From: Candidatus Jordarchaeia archaeon
GTDB lineage: Archaea > Asgardarchaeota > Jordiarchaeia > Jordiarchaeales > Jordiarchaeaceae
DNA: 43,808 nt
Assembly (NCBI GenBank): GCA_029856435.1
Contig: JAHQXB010000170.1
Location: 1-43,808, forward strand
Direction: 5' to 3'
Of this stretch, positions 39,586-43,808 are shown piece after piece. Position 1 is the first letter of the stretch; each line of letters begins with the position of its first letter. The position numbers and the translations under genes were made by a program. The notes beneath the pieces were generated by a model. That model saw nothing but the letters and a program-made list of their open reading frames with translations, was not told the DNA's origin and made no database searches.

Positions 39586-40433
39586 TTCCTCACACCCTCC
39601 TCGGTTTTTAGCTTTGCCCTGTATCTTGCCACCCTATTTGCTATCAGAGCCGCCGTAGCCCCTGCACCGAACCCATTGTCAATATTGACCACGCTAAGCC
39701 CCGCTACACAGGATTGCAGCATAGTAATGAGAGCCCCCAGTCCCTTCCCTCCGAATCCGTAGCCAGTACTGGTAGGCACTCCAACGACTGGAATGTCAAC
39801 TAGACTAGCTACAATTGAAGGAAGTGTCCCCTCCATACCCGCGACTACAATTAGCGAGTCAACCTCTGCCTCCATCATTTTGCTCAGAGGGGGAAATACT
39901 CTGTGCAGTCCTGCGATGCCTACATCATATGAGGTTAGAACTTCGCAACCCATAGATTCAGCTATGACCTTCGCTTCTTCAGCCACGGGAATGTCTGAAG
40001 TGCCTGCGGTAATAATTCCCACCTTTCCGCCCGTTTTTTCGAAGTGCTTTCCTTTATGGCTCACTCTGACAGTTCCCGATTTTTCAAAGATTTCTAGTTT
40101 AAAATTTTCAGATATCCCTTTTTTTAGAAGGGTGATTTGTTCCTCATTTGCCTTAGAGATTAAAACATATGGTTTTTGTGAAAGTACATTGTTAACGATT
40201 TTTATCAAATCTTCTGGACTTTTCCCTCTAGCAAAAACCACTTCGGGAACACCCTTGCGAAGCTCCCTCCTTAAATCAAACTTCACAAAATCATCTATCT
40301 CTAGGATGCAGCTACTTCTCAGTAAACTCTCTGCCTCATCAATAGAAATTTCCCCAGCAGAAAACTTCTCCAAGATATTTCTTAACTGACTCATCCGGAT
40401 CAATCCTTTATCTCGCAATTTGCTACTAATCAC
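39582..40433 (-). CDS. larB: Nickel-pincer cofactor carboxylase/hydrolase LarB
   Basis: RKGVPEVVFARGK, AGTSDIPVAEEA, DVGIAGLHR, VAGMEGTLPS, PTSTGYG and VVNIDNGFGA motifs; ATGA overlap with larC. Confidence 0.95.
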   Translation of the reverse strand: MISSKLRDKGLIRMSQLRNILEKFSAGEISIDEAESLLRSSCILEIDDFVKFDLRRELRKGVPEVVFARGKSPEDLIKIVNNVLSQKPYVLISKANEEQITLLKKGISENFKLEIFEKSGTVRVSHKGKHFEKTGGKVGIITAGTSDIPVAEEAKVIAESMGCEVLTSYDVGIAGLHRVFPPLSKMMEAEVDSLIVVAGMEGTLPSIVASLVDIPVVGVPTSTGYGFGGKGLGALITMLQSCVAGLSVVNIDNGFGAGATAALIANRVARYRAKLKTEEGVRK

Positions 40434-41275
40434 TTAGAAGTGGGAATTGTAGTCTTCCCTTTTAAAACTTCGTCCATGGCTCCGGTTCTATACCCTTCTG
40501 CATCTATGGTGCAGTACTTAAAACCTAGCTCCTTCAGTTTTTCCACTATTTTGTCTAGAATCTCTATTGAGAATATTTTTTCCCGCTCCTCTTTTCCAAC
40601 TTCTATTCTTGCCAGATCTCCATGACTTCTAACCCTTAATACCTTTACACCAACCAATTGTTTTATGTATCTTTCAGATTCCGCTACTCGGCGTAGTTTT
40701 TCGTAGGTGATAACTTCGCCATAGGGTATTCTTGTGGCCAAGCAAGCCATAGAAGGTTGGTTAGAAACACTTAAACCTCTGTCACGCGCAATAATTCTTA
40801 TTTCCTCCTTGGTTATGCCAGCTATAATGTAAGGAGACAAAATTCCTTCCTCGCGTAGGGCCAAAATCCCTGGACGGTGAACAAGCATGTCCGAGGCATT
40901 ACTTCCCTCAACAACTAATTCGTAGCCTCTTTCCTCAGCTATTTTATTCAGATTTTGGAATAATTTCTTTTTGCAATAATAACATCTATTAGCAGAGTTC
41001 GCCACAAATTGGGGATCATTCAAACTGTCAAACCAGATAACTGTATGCTCTACCTCTAACTCTCTTGCCACCCTCTCCGCGTTTTCTTTCTCTTCGGGGG
41101 GAATGATTGGAGAGTCCACAGTTATTGCCAAAACCTTTCTACATACATCTTTTGCTAAGCTCACCATGACACTACTGTCAACTCCGCCAGAAAAAGCTAC
41201 CATCACAGTTTTACCCCTAAGGACACTGTACACAGTACCTATTTTTGACACTATTTTTTCATCCAATTTCTGCAA
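40430..41275 (-). CDS. larE: Nickel-pincer cofactor sulfur insertase LarE
   Basis: PP-loop AFSGGVDS, RCYYCK, EGSNASD..HRPG, ACLATRIPYG and RVRSHG motifs; GTGA overlap with larB. Confidence 0.95.
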   Translation of the reverse strand: MQKLDEKIVSKIGTVYSVLRGKTVMVAFSGGVDSSVMVSLAKDVCRKVLAITVDSPIIPPEEKENAERVARELEVEHTVIWFDSLNDPQFVANSANRCYYCKKKLFQNLNKIAEERGYELVVEGSNASDMLVHRPGILALREEGILSPYIIAGITKEEIRIIARDRGLSVSNQPSMACLATRIPYGEVITYEKLRRVAESERYIKQLVGVKVLRVRSHGDLARIEVGKEEREKIFSIEILDKIVEKLKELGFKYCTIDAEGYRTGAMDEVLKGKTTIPTSK

Positions 41276-41404
41276 CCTTTTTTATGAAATAATTCTAGAA
41301 GAGTATTCTCAGTAAATAGCTACACTTTTTGTAATATTTAATGATTGTGTGATTGCCGAAAAACTTCGAATTCGAGAAATAAGGTTAAAAGTTCCTAACT
41401 TGTA

Positions 41405-42361
41405 CTATCTACCAGCTAGGTATATTGCAACTCCTATTAGTAATCCGCCGATAACCGTATAGAAGCTGGGAACCTCGCCTAGAAATATGAACGCTAGGGT
41501 TACTGCAAAAACTATTTCTAAAAGCATTATCACAGCGGAAACTGAGGCGGATATGTATTTTAGCCCTGCAAAGTATAGGGTAAACGCTATGGTTGTGCAT
41601 ACCAAGCCAGTGTAGCAAACCGCAATGATCGCTGGGGCAGCCGTTAATGCCAATAGGGAAGACGGATCATAGAAACTGTAGATTGCTGCGGGTACGGCTA
41701 AAATCAGCATAGTAATAATAATCACAGCAGAGGTAACGTCCATAGAATTAACTTTGACACCATTGCTATTTGAGCTATTGAGAAATTTTTTTGAGTAGAC
41801 TATGTAAAAAGCCCAAATTACTCCCCCCAAAAGCACCACCATATCGCCTGTGAATTCACCACTCCATAGGGTCTGAAGATTTCCATTAGTGGTAATAAGA
41901 ATAACACCCAAAACACTAACAGTGATGGCCAGTATTTTCTGGCGACCCATCGATTCTCTGAGAATCAAGAAGGAAAGCACAGCCACAACAATCACATTCA
42001 TATTTATGAGGAGAGACGCCTTACCCGCCGTGGAATGCTCCATACCAATAAACTGGAAAAGGTAGCCCAAAGCGTTAAACAAGCCCAATGCAAAAATCCT
42101 ACGATTCCTCAGGAAATAGAAAGCGTTTCCAGAACCTAGAAACCTAATAAGAATAATAGTCATTAAGCCTGCGGCGAAAAAGCGGAGGAAAACGAAGATT
42201 AAAGGGTGCATAAAGCCCAACCCCCACTTAACTGAGGGAAAGGAGCTACCCCAAGCGAGTGAGGCTAAAATCATTAAAAATTGACCCTTTCTCGCATCAC
42301 TAGAAATTAACCTATTAAACTGCCATCTAGTTGTTTCCAAAAAGAACACCCGAAATTTCAA
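41405..42361 (-). CDS. EamA/DMT-family transporter
   Basis: About 10 TM segments in two repeats; WGSSF, STAGKASLL and LAFIFLGE motifs. Confidence 0.92.
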   Translation of the reverse strand: MKFRVFFLETTRWQFNRLISSDARKGQFLMILASLAWGSSFPSVKWGLGFMHPLIFVFLRFFAAGLMTIILIRFLGSGNAFYFLRNRRIFALGLFNALGYLFQFIGMEHSTAGKASLLINMNVIVVAVLSFLILRESMGRQKILAITVSVLGVILITTNGNLQTLWSGEFTGDMVVLLGGVIWAFYIVYSKKFLNSSNSNGVKVNSMDVTSAVIIITMLILAVPAAIYSFYDPSSLLALTAAPAIIAVCYTGLVCTTIAFTLYFAGLKYISASVSAVIMLLEIVFAVTLAFIFLGEVPSFYTVIGGLLIGVAIYLAGR

Positions 42362-42545
42362 ATACTGTAATTAATGTTGCAACTCTAAAAAGTAGTAAAA
42401 TATATTCTTTTTGCTTAGAAGGAAGCATATAGGCAGAAAAACAGAGATATAAAACCAAACACAAAAATTCCTTTTGGAAAAACTATTTCTAAATAAGAAA
42501 TGTAGATTTCTATAATCGGAAAATAAATTGATGGTAAAGTAAGTT

Positions 42546-43436
42546 TTATTTTTTCTCTTTGACTTGTTTTCTGAGAGTATCGATACCAAAGTCTCCAACT
42601 GTTTCGGAGGTTTCGACCGGACGATACCATGCCTTCTTGGAACCAATCACTGATCTGGACTTCCACCCGACGCTCTTTTTCTCAGCATTGATGTATTCCA
42701 TCATTCTGTCTATTTTTGAGGTTATATCGTTTAGATCGGCGTCCTTAACCCCGTACCCCGGAGCTAGTTCCTTGACTCCTTGCAAGTTGGTTGTGACCGT
42801 GTACCAGAATCCCCAATCGTTCGATAATAACTGGGCAATGTACTTGGCATTTATGCACTCCTCTTCCTTTTCTCCTACTTCATGGGCTCTTATTAGTACA
42901 CATGTATCCTTGATGTCTTTTTCAGCTATTTTCACGATTTGCATTTTTTCAAGCAACATGTCAGTGACAGTTATCGTTGGATAATCTAATTCTAAGCGAT
43001 TCTTAAAATCTATGTCGTGGTTCATTTTGAGCTTTTCATAGAAAACATCAACGTGGAACCACCCTTTTGGGTGATAGTAAATTTGTCTCTCACTAACTGC
43101 TGAGGATATTGTTGTTACTCTTTTAATGTAACCTTGGGAAATGAAAAAGTTCTTAATTTTGTCCCTTTGGTTTTTGTAGGCCATAAAGTCTAAATCCGTA
43201 AACTCTTGGCCCCCCTCGATGCCAAGCCGGCCTATTTTTTTGGAAAAATCCTCCACGTTTTTGGTGTGCAATCTAATGGCAACGCCACCCAGAAGGCGAA
43301 TGGTAAGTTTATTCTTGTCAGCTAAATCTACTAACCTTTTACCTTCCTCAAAAAAGACTTCGCTGGGCACAATACCATTCCATTCTTCGGGCATCTCAAT
43401 AGTAATGTGTTGTCCTCTTTTATCAAGCCATACCAT
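42546..43436 (-). CDS. Uncharacterised Pol-beta-superfamily nucleotidyltransferase-like protein
   Basis: RLLGGVAIRLH...TDLDF...VDVF gives a hGG-x(n)-DxD-x(n)-D arrangement; LLEKMQIV..KD..D and DWGFW are conserved-looking segments. Confidence 0.6.
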   Translation of the reverse strand: MVWLDKRGQHITIEMPEEWNGIVPSEVFFEEGKRLVDLADKNKLTIRLLGGVAIRLHTKNVEDFSKKIGRLGIEGGQEFTDLDFMAYKNQRDKIKNFFISQGYIKRVTTISSAVSERQIYYHPKGWFHVDVFYEKLKMNHDIDFKNRLELDYPTITVTDMLLEKMQIVKIAEKDIKDTCVLIRAHEVGEKEEECINAKYIAQLLSNDWGFWYTVTTNLQGVKELAPGYGVKDADLNDITSKIDRMMEYINAEKKSVGWKSRSVIGSKKAWYRPVETSETVGDFGIDTLRKQVKEKK

Positions 43437-43618
43437 AAATCAGACACTCCAGACATTCTAACACTTAAGAACTTTTTATATAATTATTTGCAACCAAAAT
43501 ATAAAATATTCGGGCAACAAGAACTTGTTAAAAAATAATTTAAATGTGAGAAAGTAGCATAGGTGGGTGTACATGCACCCTTTAATGAAGAACGGAGGAT
43601 GAGAGATGTGATGAGAGC

Positions 43619-43797
43619 TAAAGCAGAGAACGCCTCGGTCACCCTGGTATTCAGAGAACCAGTCTCGTGGGAGGCGGTCTCTGCCCTAACATACACCCCA
43701 AGGAATAGTTATTACTCCTTGGGGAATAAAAACATTTTGGTGTTCTTCACACAGCCCAGCGGAAAAAACATAACCAGCGGTATCCAGGCTCAAGACC
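43619..43797. ncRNA. Candidate structured non-coding element related to 35910-36110 (may extend past the window end)
   Basis: Hairpins 43652-43666/43671-43683 and 43696-43704/43717-43725 (9 bp perfect); closing stems 43637-43649/43781-43797; no credible ORF. Confidence 0.35.
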
Positions 43798-43808
43798 TCC
43801 CCCTAAAC

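Noticed and set aside
43484-43808. Protein-coding gene at the right window edge
   Set aside because: All frames close within about 70 codons and lack recognisable motifs; the hairpin-rich sequence fits a non-coding element better.

Overview
This is an archaeal chromosomal segment. GTG/TTG starts, TATA-type promoters, BHB-type tRNA introns, SepCysS/SepCysE, LysW and SNAP/PCI-like helical proteins suggest an Asgard- or TACK-related lineage; the lineage is inferred, not proven. The window is dominated by amino-acid biosynthesis: a tRNA-Cys(GCA) with three non-canonical introns followed by pscE-pscS, a LeuA/homocitrate-synthase-family gene, a his cluster (hisS, hisD, hisC, HAD, hisB, hisH, hisA, hisF, hisIE; no hisG) and a LysW-dependent arg cluster (argG, argH, lysW, lysX/argX, lysZ, lysK) facing an acyl-ornithine-type transcarbamylase. 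It also carries a PadR-cdc48 operon next to four SNAP/TPR-like genes (one with a PCI-like winged helix and Zn ribbon), larE-larB-larC with a DUF59 gene, EamA and a nucleotidyltransferase-like gene. Intergenic regions hold a 137-bp MITE, three copies of a 107-109-bp structured repeat, a degenerate ~50-bp tandem array, two related GC-rich structured elements and a YbaK-like pseudogene. The strongest candidates for new biology are (1) a possible LysW-ornithine transcarbamylase route to arginine, (2) a Cdc48 plus SNAP-like/PCI-like gene neighbourhood and (3) the triple-intron tRNA-Cys. All family assignments come from motif recognition by eye; no database searches or folding programs were run.
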